34,258 nucleotides of DNA from a virus. Shown here one piece after another: positions 7,521 to 15,870 of this stretch. Made by a program: the position numbers and the translations under genes. Position 1 is the stretch's first letter. Each line of letters opens with the position of its first letter. Where the stretch lies: the IMG/VR virus record IMGVR_UViG_3300016474_000139, positions 1 through 34,258 of that record; one strand, given 5' to 3'. The notes beneath the pieces were generated by a model, which had not been told where the DNA came from, did not search any database, and saw only the letters and a list, made by a program, of their open reading frames with translations.

Positions 7521-7738
7521 CAGTGGCCTTTCCAGTGGCTGAGGATGAAGCCGACGACGGCCGAGACACCAGAAACGACGCTCATGCCAAACCAAAGACC
7601 GCCCTTGGACTTGTTGGCCAGTTCGACCAACTCTTCCACGTTGCGCTCCAGCTTGTCCATCTTCTTGTCCATGTCCTGGACCTTCTGCCACAGGACGCCA
7701 TATTTGACGGGGTCAATTTCTCCGTTCTCAAAAGCCAT
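7520..7738 (-). CDS. tail-anchored membrane protein (72 aa): N-terminal coiled coil plus a C-terminal TM segment
   Basis: ATG 7738 has GGAGG upstream. KVQDMDKKMDKLERNVEELVELANK is followed by GGLWFGMSVVSGVSAVVGFILSHW. Confidence 0.65.
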   Translation of the reverse strand: MAFENGEIDPVKYGVLWQKVQDMDKKMDKLERNVEELVELANKSKGGLWFGMSVVSGVSAVVGFILSHWKGH

Positions 7739-7757
7739 TGTTCCTGCCTCCACAGCG

Positions 7758-8111
7758 TTACAGGCCTTCTCCTGGCGTCAGATAGACGGTGGTCGCGCCA
7801 GATGCCACGCCAGAGAAGAACGAGCCAGCCGGGAAGCGCAGCACTTCAACAGCGCCAGCCACTATGGGAATGCCAGCAGCAGGGTTGCCTGCCGTGGCTG
7901 CCACAGCATTGGCCTGGGCCGCAGAAGCAGTGGGGCCGACGCCAAGATGCACGGTGGCCGTGCCAGCGTTGACGACGCGCACCTGGCCTGTCTCCTGGGC
8001 GCTGAAGCGTTCATTGACAGGCGCTTGCACGCCAAGAGGTGCGATGGCTGCAGCCGCAACGACGACGGTCTTGCCTTGCGGGTTGAATGCGATTTGCGAG
8101 TTGGTTGCCAT
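7758..8111 (-). CDS. small beta-rich virion-module protein (117 aa), a possible distant paralog of 16353..17033
   Basis: ATG 8111 has AAGGAG upstream. The C-terminal pattern ..AGSFFSGVASGATTVYLTPGEGL resembles ...ASAGLTITASGAEAI of the 111-aa pair. Confidence 0.7.
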   Translation of the reverse strand: MATNSQIAFNPQGKTVVVAAAAIAPLGVQAPVNERFSAQETGQVRVVNAGTATVHLGVGPTASAAQANAVAATAGNPAAGIPIVAGAVEVLRFPAGSFFSGVASGATTVYLTPGEGL

Positions 8112-8121
8112 GTCGTACTCC

Positions 8122-8784
8122 TTAGAAGTTGCGTGAAATCTCAAAAAGAATGTTTGCTCTGACAAAGAACGTCATAGAGTTGCCGCTAGTAACAACCGCA
8201 TCAACGCTATTTTTTAATCTGAAATATGCGCCAGCGCCCTGCAAAATGGTCAATGTACCGCCAGCTGACGTGTCAAAAATCATGGTCAACAAAAAACCAT
8301 TGCCTGGAAGATTGCTGACCTGCCCAATGGTTGCATTGTTTGCATTGCTTTTGATGACAAACCACGAACTGGAAATGTTGGAGTTGAAATTGACGTTGAT
8401 GTTTGATCCAGCAACATCAACTTGTTTCATCGGCCAATACGGATAGGTGATCAACTGATTTGAAGCGTTCAGAGCAGCGGCTTGACTTGCGTTCAGACCA
8501 GACCCATTCAACGTAGCAGTTCCGTTGATGGACAGGTCTGTGAAGTTGCCAGTCATACCTCCATCGACACGTTGCCAAACGGTACCATTGAAAGCGATCC
8601 AATCTCCAACACCCCAGAGATTTTGGCCATTTATGGATGTTGTTCCAGCGACAGAGACAACGTAGTAATCGCCCTTTGTGCCGACACCAGAGGCCAAAGC
8701 AGGCGTGTTGGTGTTGGCATTCCAAGTGCCTTTGTAATTCAAAGCGCCAATCGCGTTTGCAATCGAAGAGACAGTTTTAAGCAT
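8122..8784 (-). CDS. tail fibre-like protein (220 aa)
   Basis: NYKGTWNANTNTPALASGVGTKGDYYVVSVAG...WGVGDWIAFNGTVWQRV is a motif I recognise from phage tail fibres. The DNA is visibly AT-richer than the backbone. Confidence 0.75.
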   Translation of the reverse strand: MLKTVSSIANAIGALNYKGTWNANTNTPALASGVGTKGDYYVVSVAGTTSINGQNLWGVGDWIAFNGTVWQRVDGGMTGNFTDLSINGTATLNGSGLNASQAAALNASNQLITYPYWPMKQVDVAGSNINVNFNSNISSSWFVIKSNANNATIGQVSNLPGNGFLLTMIFDTSAGGTLTILQGAGAYFRLKNSVDAVVTSGNSMTFFVRANILFEISRNF

Positions 8785-8795
8785 GATTCAATCCT

Positions 8796-10964
8796 TTATG
8801 CGGCAACGTTTGCCATAGCCTTCCAAGTGCCCGGAGTGCCCGCCGTTACGCACACCCAACCTGGAGTTCCACCAGCAGAGGGATCAGTGTTCCAAACAAT
8901 GTCGCCACGCGCCCAAGTATCCGAAGTGGGCGCTGCGTTGTTCCAAACTACACGCTTGGGTGTGCCGTAATATCTTGGGTGGATGGTTCGGCCATCTTGG
9001 TTGACAATCACCCAAGTGTTTGCGGCAATCGCTTTGACAGTCACGCTATCAGACACTGAACGTAGAACAATGTCTAATCCTGCACCCAACCCTAGCGGGT
9101 AAATCGTGTCACCAGATTGCGGCGAAACTACGATGTCTACTGAATTGGGGTTTTTAAACGTCCATTGCAGCCCAATCGAATTTGCGGCAGTAGGCAATGT
9201 GAATTGAGCATTGTTTGTCGCGTAGATTTCATATCCAGCAAAAGAACCATTCACAAAGGCTTGGCTAGTCGAAAAAGATTTGACTGGTGAAACGTCGGCC
9301 ACAACTTGAACGTCGTTGGCGCGGTTGCACCATACAAACCCATTGCTACCGCTGATCCAGCCGTAACCGGTCGGGTTTGTAATGTACGTGCTGGCTATTT
9401 TTTGACTTGCGCCGCCAGCCTCAAACCACATCGGCAACAACATTTTCGGAGTTGCTCGTGTGTCAACAATTTTTGGGTTGTTGATTTGCACATCCCCGGT
9501 CGCGGTCTGATATGCCGCATCAGCAGGGTTTGTGTAGATGACAACCGCGCATTGACTGCGATTGTCCACCGTAGTTCCGCTGGTGTTGCAGTCAATTACA
9601 TTCAAGTCATTTATGATGACTTCTGGTGACGTTGGAACCCACCGCGCAAAATCAACCGCGCGGCCGGGGCTTTCGATAACGGTAGCGCTTTCCACATAGA
9701 TCGTGCCGTAGACTTTATTTGCTACGTTAACGTCAGGAACGGAAAGATCAGGGTAGGCAAACCTGATGCCAGTTCCACCAGAATCGCCGTCTTGATATGA
9801 CATGTGCCCGATAGACCGAACATTGTATTGAGGGCGCGTATAGGTGTTGTCGCTCAAAAACCCCGGAACAAATTGGATTCCGCCATATTTGTTGCCGCTC
9901 GTTCTGACGCCGATCATCGTGATGTCGATTTCGTCGTTGCCGCCACTGTCAGGCTCAACGTCTATGCCATAAGCAGGCTGGGTGAACTTTGTGGTGCCGG
10001 TGTTTTTGTATTCACCACCAAGCACCAAACCTTTTATCCATGACGTAATCGACAGCCCTTGCCTGCGGTTGTCATCCGCAACGCAATTTTCCAACACGCC
10101 GCCAACGCAAGGTGTATATGCAGTCTCAATAGAACCGCAAACAATAAATCCATCACCCCAGCATTTAGACGCTGTGCAATTTATTAGGCGCGTGTTTGTG
10201 GCAGAAGCGATGTAATACCCCATGCCAAATTCACCGCCAACACCAGTGTGAGTGTCTACATCACCGACAACATTGCCGTTGATGATGGTTACATCCGTGG
10301 TGTCTCGCAGGTTAATGATGACATAAGCACCTGCGCTGTTCGTTTTTGCTTTAAATATGGCACCACCCAAAAATTGGATAACGCTACCATTTTGGGGCTT
10401 CACGCCACCGCCGTAATTTTGTGAGGGGTAGTTTGGGTCAACAGGGTCAATAAGATAGGTGCCTTCTGGCACGATGACGCTCAAAGATGCGTCAAATGCA
10501 GCTTGAATTGCGGCAGTGTCATCCGTGACGCCATCACCAACAGCACCAAAGTCCTTGACACTGACAGTTTGCGCCAGCTTGAATTCAACATTGGTCGATG
10601 CACTGTTTGTGTAAGGAGGCGTGTAATAAATATCTGCAGAATCCAGCGGAACAACAACGTTGCTGTAACGCTCAGTCGCTGCCGGAGCGCTATAAACAAC
10701 ACTGCCGTTCTTGTTCATCACGCGAATGCTGTAGTCGCTGTTGACGTACAAGCGGCCAGGGGTGCCGCTGTTGACAGGATAGCCGCCTTCGGTGCGAATT
10801 GGCTGACCAGCAAGTTGCGTCAGGGCAGCATCCCAATACACGTTGATCGGATTGCCCTGCGGGTCAAGATTGGCTGTGCCAATCCAAATGTAGCCGTTCT
10901 CAAGCGGCTGGCCATCCGTCTCCGTGAAGATCGGATAGGTTGGCTGAATGCTGAGTGCGGACAT
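8796..10964 (-). CDS. tailspike with a pectate-lyase-type beta-helix domain (722 aa)
   Basis: ATG 10964 has AAGGAG upstream. The N-terminus PTYPIFTETDGQPLENGYIWIG and the motif VKDFGAVGDGVTDDTAAIQAAF (Pectate_lyase_3-like) are present. An in-frame upstream ATG at 11054 would add 30 aa. Confidence 0.85.
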   Translation of the reverse strand: MSALSIQPTYPIFTETDGQPLENGYIWIGTANLDPQGNPINVYWDAALTQLAGQPIRTEGGYPVNSGTPGRLYVNSDYSIRVMNKNGSVVYSAPAATERYSNVVVPLDSADIYYTPPYTNSASTNVEFKLAQTVSVKDFGAVGDGVTDDTAAIQAAFDASLSVIVPEGTYLIDPVDPNYPSQNYGGGVKPQNGSVIQFLGGAIFKAKTNSAGAYVIINLRDTTDVTIINGNVVGDVDTHTGVGGEFGMGYYIASATNTRLINCTASKCWGDGFIVCGSIETAYTPCVGGVLENCVADDNRRQGLSITSWIKGLVLGGEYKNTGTTKFTQPAYGIDVEPDSGGNDEIDITMIGVRTSGNKYGGIQFVPGFLSDNTYTRPQYNVRSIGHMSYQDGDSGGTGIRFAYPDLSVPDVNVANKVYGTIYVESATVIESPGRAVDFARWVPTSPEVIINDLNVIDCNTSGTTVDNRSQCAVVIYTNPADAAYQTATGDVQINNPKIVDTRATPKMLLPMWFEAGGASQKIASTYITNPTGYGWISGSNGFVWCNRANDVQVVADVSPVKSFSTSQAFVNGSFAGYEIYATNNAQFTLPTAANSIGLQWTFKNPNSVDIVVSPQSGDTIYPLGLGAGLDIVLRSVSDSVTVKAIAANTWVIVNQDGRTIHPRYYGTPKRVVWNNAAPTSDTWARGDIVWNTDPSAGGTPGWVCVTAGTPGTWKAMANVAA

Positions 10965-11064
10965 TACTGGTTCTCCTTGGATTGATTCAGGCTGGAAGAA
11001 TGATCGAAGCCACGCAAGCAGCCATGCGATCCATTTTCGAAGTGTTGCAAGCATCGAGTCATCC

Positions 11065-11184
11065 TCACTGCTCCTGTTCAAATTGCTCCTGAGCTTGCAG
11101 AGATTGGACAATGAACTTTTCACGCGCACTCATTTCGCGTGGCAGTTTCACCTCATCGGCAAACTTTCGGAAAGATTGTGACAT
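11065..11184 (-). CDS. possible 39-aa ORF (not in the ORF track)
   Basis: Its ATG shares one nucleotide with the stop of the 678-aa gene (TGATG). Translation: MSQSFRKFADEVKLPREMSAREKFIVQSLQAQEQFEQEQ. Confidence 0.35.
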   Translation of the reverse strand: MSQSFRKFADEVKLPREMSAREKFIVQSLQAQEQFEQEQ

Positions 11185-13220
11185 CACTGTGCGGCCTTGC
11201 GTTTGAGGATTTCTTCCATCGCTTTGATGGCGTTTTCCTTGTTGACACCGCGCAGATTTTGCGCCTTCTCGGCCAGCAGGTCAAAAGCACGCTGGGCAGC
11301 GTTGCCGCGAGCAATGTCGAGGCCTGTTTGCATGGCTTCGGACACTTGGCCCTTGAGCGAAGTCTGTGCGGCAGCGCCGAACATGCGGTCAAGTTCGTTG
11401 ACGAAAATCAGCTGGTTCACTATGTCGTCGTCTAGCTTCATGCCGTACTTGGACGCCACCTGATTGGCCTGGTCGAGCGAGTCGATCAGGTTGGCGCGGG
11501 TGCCATAGTTGCTTGTCAGCTTGCGCATGGCCGTGCCGAGCGCCTTGTTCGCGTTTGGCGACTCCAAATCAATCTGGGTGCCTGCTGCACGCTGGAGGTC
11601 ATCAAGTGCCGTGATGGTGTCAGCGTACTTCTCATTGGCTGCACGGTACTGCGGGAAGGCATCGCCAAGTGACTGATTCAGGTTTCGACGCAGGTTTTTC
11701 AGGATGCGCTCGGCCTGTGCTGTCAGTGGGTTGGCGACGTTCTTTCCGTAGCTGACCTGGGTGTCAATGAATCGCTTGGCTGTGTGCACTCCATAGGCAT
11801 CAGGTGCAGCAGTGGTGCTCAAACGCTCCAGGACTGCGTTCAGTGTGCGCTGAGCAGCCCTGTCGCCCTGAATGTCAGAGCCTTGCAGAATTGCTTTAGC
11901 CACGCCGTTCTCATCAAGCTCGACTTTGACGCCAATGCTGGCCAGGTCATCCAAAAATGTGTTGATCGCATGGTCGTAGTTGACAGTCTGACCACGCAGC
12001 CGGGTCTGCGCGATGTTGTCAATGGCCGTGCCTGCCTGCTTGTTGGCATTCGTCAGAAAATCAACGCGAGCCTGCACGGTGTCACCAAGAATGTCTGCTG
12101 GCCTGTTCATGGCCCTGAATTTCTCGCTCTTTTCGCCCATCTTGAACAAGTTGAGCATCTTGGTCATGGCCGAGCGATCTTTCTCTGATGCCGCCTTGAT
12201 GCTGGCCACAGCACCATCTTTCCAGCCTTGCTTGATTGCTGAGATCGCTTCATTGTCGGGGACAACCTGCGAGCCAGACAGGCGGACATTCACCAGATCA
12301 ACGGCATCAGGGGTCTGGGCTAGTTGGCTTTTGATGATGCGCTGATTCTCTGGTGAGATTTTCTCGCCCACGGTGGCCTTGATGCTTTGCACAGCTTCCT
12401 TGAAAGTCGGCTCGACCTGCTCGCGGATGCCTGCACCCTTTGGTGCGACAGCCTTGGCGGCGGCTTGAGTGGCAGCCTTGGCCGCGGCTGGCACGGTAGG
12501 CAACAAACCACCACCAACTGCAGCCGCAAGCTGACCGACTGGGCCAGCGCCCATTTCCTTTGCCGTCTGACCTGCAGCACCCGATAATGCGCCGCTTGCA
12601 GCCTGCAAGCCTGGGGCTGCGGCTAGGAGTTGGCCAACGCCTTGCGTAACAGGGCCTGCAGCGGTCTGCAAAGTCTTTCCAAGGGCAACGGTGCCACCAG
12701 CTGTGCCAGCTCCTGCAGCGGTCGCCTGGACGATGCGCTCGGCCTCTGTGCGAGGCTGTGCAACACCGACACGGGTCAGCAAGTCTTGCAGCGCGTCAGT
12801 TGGCAGTGTGTAGGTCGTTCCGAACAGGCTGTTGACAGAGGAAACGATGGGGTCGGCCACCATGCCTGCGAGCGTTGCAGCACCCGCGCCAGCAACTGCA
12901 CCAGGGATAGCGCCGACACCGGCAAATGGAGCGCCGATAGCTGCACCAAGTGCAGCACCAGCTGCAGGAAGTGCCAATCCGCGAGTTGCTGCACCAGCAA
13001 GGCCAGTGGCCGTTGTCGATGGCGCAGGCTGCTGCGATGCAAGCCACTGCTCAGGCGACATGGGCGTCACGCCAGGTGTGGCTGCCTGTGGTTCTGGTGC
13101 TGGCTGTGTGGCCTGCTCTGCCGTTGGGAAGCGAACATCCACCGCGACGTTGCGGCCTTGTCCAGTCTCGACGTTAAACGTCTGCGGGGCCTGCTGTTTC
13201 AGCCATTCTTCAGGACTCAT
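11184..13220 (-). CDS. internal virion / ejection protein (678 aa; positional analogue of P22 gp16)
   Basis: ATG 13220 is in an ATGA overlap with the upstream gene. The track ORF extends 12 codons further. The motif MSPE(E/Q)WL occurs twice at the N-terminus, followed by long Gly/Ala-rich hydrophobic stretches. It is the last of three large genes before the tailspike. Confidence 0.75.
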   Translation of the reverse strand: MSPEEWLKQQAPQTFNVETGQGRNVAVDVRFPTAEQATQPAPEPQAATPGVTPMSPEQWLASQQPAPSTTATGLAGAATRGLALPAAGAALGAAIGAPFAGVGAIPGAVAGAGAATLAGMVADPIVSSVNSLFGTTYTLPTDALQDLLTRVGVAQPRTEAERIVQATAAGAGTAGGTVALGKTLQTAAGPVTQGVGQLLAAAPGLQAASGALSGAAGQTAKEMGAGPVGQLAAAVGGGLLPTVPAAAKAATQAAAKAVAPKGAGIREQVEPTFKEAVQSIKATVGEKISPENQRIIKSQLAQTPDAVDLVNVRLSGSQVVPDNEAISAIKQGWKDGAVASIKAASEKDRSAMTKMLNLFKMGEKSEKFRAMNRPADILGDTVQARVDFLTNANKQAGTAIDNIAQTRLRGQTVNYDHAINTFLDDLASIGVKVELDENGVAKAILQGSDIQGDRAAQRTLNAVLERLSTTAAPDAYGVHTAKRFIDTQVSYGKNVANPLTAQAERILKNLRRNLNQSLGDAFPQYRAANEKYADTITALDDLQRAAGTQIDLESPNANKALGTAMRKLTSNYGTRANLIDSLDQANQVASKYGMKLDDDIVNQLIFVNELDRMFGAAAQTSLKGQVSEAMQTGLDIARGNAAQRAFDLLAEKAQNLRGVNKENAIKAMEEILKRKAAQ

Positions 13221-14515
13221 TGAATCACCCCATTGGCCATGAGATAGCCGCGCCATTGTTCATCGGTGAAATTGGCGGGGCGTTGGTAGGTCTGTCCGTT
13301 TACCGTTGCACTTTCAGGCAGTGGTTTTGCAGGAGCAGGTTCAGCGCCAAACACGTTTTGCGGATTCAGCCGGTAGTTCTTCACTACGATGCCAAGGTCT
13401 TTCTTTTCCTGCTCAGACTTTTTCTGCGCAGCGTCCAGATACTTTTTCGCAAGGTCAACGTATTGCTTGCGCTGCTCTGGTTTCAAGAGCTGACCGTCTT
13501 TTGCTTTCTGCAGTCTGTTTTCGAGCTGCGTGAACAGTCCCGCAGTGTCGCGTGCAGTTGCAAATTCTGTCTCGCGCACAACAGAGCCAGGATCAAGCAT
13601 CTTCATGAAGCTGGTGATCAGAGCGATATCGCCAGCACCAGTACCAGCCACAGACGACGACTCAATGTTGCTGTATGTGCCTTTGAGTTCGCTGTAGAGT
13701 TTGTTTCTGCCTTGCCACTCCTTGCGGATTTTTTCTTCCTGAGCGAATGTCTTTTCAGGATCAACGCCGCCAGTTGCTTTCAGCGCCTCAAGCTCAAGTG
13801 CTGCGCGTGCAGTCTCAACGCCGAGCTTCTTGGTCGATGCCAGTGCGGTGCCTGTCTGAGCCTTGGTCAGGCCAAGATCAGCGGCCTTTTTCTGAAGGTC
13901 GGCAATTTGCTGTTTTTCTGCATAAGCGCCTTTGGCTTGAGCCTCTTTTGCTTCGCCCTCAGCCTTTCCAATTTCACTCTGACCCTTAGCTGCTTTCAGC
14001 ACATTGTCCAAATAGTCCTTGCCGCCAGGGATGAGCGTCATCTTTCCACCCCAAAGCATTGCGACGTTCTTGGGGTCTTTTTTGGCCTGCTCTGCCATCT
14101 GCTCCAAATAGTTAGCTTCCATCTGGTCGCCACTATTGCGTGCAGCCTCTGCCTCTCGCTTGAGGAAATTCACGCCAACATCGGTGTTTCCAGTTGCAAG
14201 GGACAGTGCGACATTGCCCATTTGCCTGAGCGTTGCCTGATTTGCGCGTGCATCTCGGCTTTCCATGACCTTGCGAATGTTCTCCGCTTGGTCTTTGTTG
14301 CTGATCAGCATCACGTTCTCATAGTCCTTTGCCGTAGCATCAGGCGACATGAGGCGTGTAATGGCTTGCTGGTATTGCTTTTGCGCGAGTTGCTGGCGCT
14401 CCAAGTCTGCGCGTTCTTGCTCGGCCTGGGCAATGCCTGCGCCGATCTTGTAGCCTTGCAGTGCTTGCGCGAATGGATCGCCTACCTGTGCTGTGTAGTC
14501 AATGGGTGCGACCAT
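13217..14515 (-). CDS. internal virion / ejection protein (432 aa; positional analogue of P22 gp20)
   Basis: ATG 14515 lies 1 nt after the upstream stop. The protein is highly charged, helical and Lys/Glu/Ala/Gln-rich. Confidence 0.75.
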   Translation of the reverse strand: MVAPIDYTAQVGDPFAQALQGYKIGAGIAQAEQERADLERQQLAQKQYQQAITRLMSPDATAKDYENVMLISNKDQAENIRKVMESRDARANQATLRQMGNVALSLATGNTDVGVNFLKREAEAARNSGDQMEANYLEQMAEQAKKDPKNVAMLWGGKMTLIPGGKDYLDNVLKAAKGQSEIGKAEGEAKEAQAKGAYAEKQQIADLQKKAADLGLTKAQTGTALASTKKLGVETARAALELEALKATGGVDPEKTFAQEEKIRKEWQGRNKLYSELKGTYSNIESSSVAGTGAGDIALITSFMKMLDPGSVVRETEFATARDTAGLFTQLENRLQKAKDGQLLKPEQRKQYVDLAKKYLDAAQKKSEQEKKDLGIVVKNYRLNPQNVFGAEPAPAKPLPESATVNGQTYQRPANFTDEQWRGYLMANGVIQ

Positions 14516-14516
14516 T

Positions 14517-15281
14517 TCAGAATCCTTCCATTTGTGCGGCCAGCATCTGCGTCTGTTGTGATCCTGGCTGCGTTCCGTATTGCAACGCAGTGCCAAGGTT
14601 CAGGCCACCAAGGTTGCCGAATACTTTACCGAAGCCACCAGCACCTTGAATGGTGCCAAGCGCCTTGGTGATTGCGTTCGACGTGATGTTGCCTGCCAGC
14701 TCTCCGCCAGCCTGGGCTTGTCCCTGCTGCGTCAGCAGGTTTGCGATGTTCGCACCTGTTGCTTGACCAAATGCGGCCTGACGCGCCGCTGATGCTTGAC
14801 CAACATTAGTCAGGCCACCAAGACGCTCATACTGCTGGTTGATCAGCGACGTGAGAAGTTGCGGCCTGAATTGTGCGAGTGCGGCTTGGATGTTCCCACC
14901 GCGCAGACCGCCTGTTGCAGATGCGCGTTGCAACAAGGCGTTCTCACCTTGCTGCGTTAGCGCTTGGAATTCAGGGGAAGCCTCAAGCGCCGAAATAGCC
15001 TGTTGCTGTGCAGGAGCGCCAGCAAGGCCGAGCAATGCTTGCTGCTGGCCGATAGCACCAACGCCAGCCTGCTGGTAAGGCTGCAAAAGTTTTGTGATTT
15101 CGTCGAACTGGCGACGCTGCTCGCTGATTCCAGCTTCTGCTGCACCGGCTTGGATTCCTGCTGCTGTTTCTGCGCGGTCTTGTCCTTCAAAAGCTCCGCC
15201 AAGTGCCGAGCCAATGGTGCCTCCAACTGGGCCAGCAAAAAACGATCCTGCAATTCCGCCTAGCGTGCTAAGTAATCCCAT
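14517..15281 (-). CDS. internal virion / ejection protein (254 aa; positional analogue of P22 gp7)
   Basis: The protein is Gly/Ala/Gln-rich with a hydrophobic N-terminus (MGLLSTLGGIAGSFFAGPVGG). A GAGGTG RBS precedes the start. Confidence 0.75.
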   Translation of the reverse strand: MGLLSTLGGIAGSFFAGPVGGTIGSALGGAFEGQDRAETAAGIQAGAAEAGISEQRRQFDEITKLLQPYQQAGVGAIGQQQALLGLAGAPAQQQAISALEASPEFQALTQQGENALLQRASATGGLRGGNIQAALAQFRPQLLTSLINQQYERLGGLTNVGQASAARQAAFGQATGANIANLLTQQGQAQAGGELAGNITSNAITKALGTIQGAGGFGKVFGNLGGLNLGTALQYGTQPGSQQTQMLAAQMEGF

Positions 15282-15361
15282 ACAAACACCTCAATTTTTC
15301 ATTGGATGCCGCTGGTCGCATTTTCCTCAGCGGCTTGATTGTCCCACAAATGATGCGTGTG

Positions 15362-15760
15362 TCAATCCTGCTCAAATTCCCTCTCCTCCCAGGCTTGGCA
15401 GGAGCGCATGTCATGGCAGATGAAATCGAACTTGTGACAGTAGCCGCGATAACCTGCGTCTGTGTCCCACTGGTTGCGCGGAATGCGCTCCATCTTGGCC
15501 TGCATCATGGTCGAATTATTGAAATACTCGCAATTCGAGCAGCGACGACGACGCGCCTCTTTTTCATCGACTTGCATGGCGTTGGCAAGTTTCATCCAGT
15601 ACGGCTTGTTTGCGCCTGGTTCGTTGGATGGCTTCTCAGGGCCAAGCATCCAGTCATCAATCACCACTTGGGTGTTCTTTTTGTTTTCGGCTGTGGTGAT
15701 GAACTCTTCTTCAACCGGAAGGCCAATGAAGCCTTTGGGCATCATCATAAATTCTTTCAT
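15362..15760 (-). CDS. Cys-rich protein (132 aa) at the P22 gp14 position
   Basis: AAGGAG RBS. The sequence is RRRRCSNCEYF...YCHKFDFICHDMRSCQAWEE (C-x2-C ... C-x6-C-x5-C). Confidence 0.7.
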   Translation of the reverse strand: MKEFMMMPKGFIGLPVEEEFITTAENKKNTQVVIDDWMLGPEKPSNEPGANKPYWMKLANAMQVDEKEARRRRCSNCEYFNNSTMMQAKMERIPRNQWDTDAGYRGYCHKFDFICHDMRSCQAWEEREFEQD

Positions 15761-15870
15761 TACGGGCTCCTTTGTCGTAAAATTGTCTTGCAGCTTACCC
15801 GACGGGGGACAGGCGATTCATCACCGCTTGCTGCAACTTTCGATGGCTTTCCACTTTGATGAGGTGCGAC

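Noticed and set aside
8122-10964. A diversity-generating retroelement (BPP-1-style tropism switching) acting on the tail fibre or tailspike.
   Set aside because: There is no reverse transcriptase gene anywhere in the genome, and I found no template/variable repeat pair flanking the receptor-binding genes.
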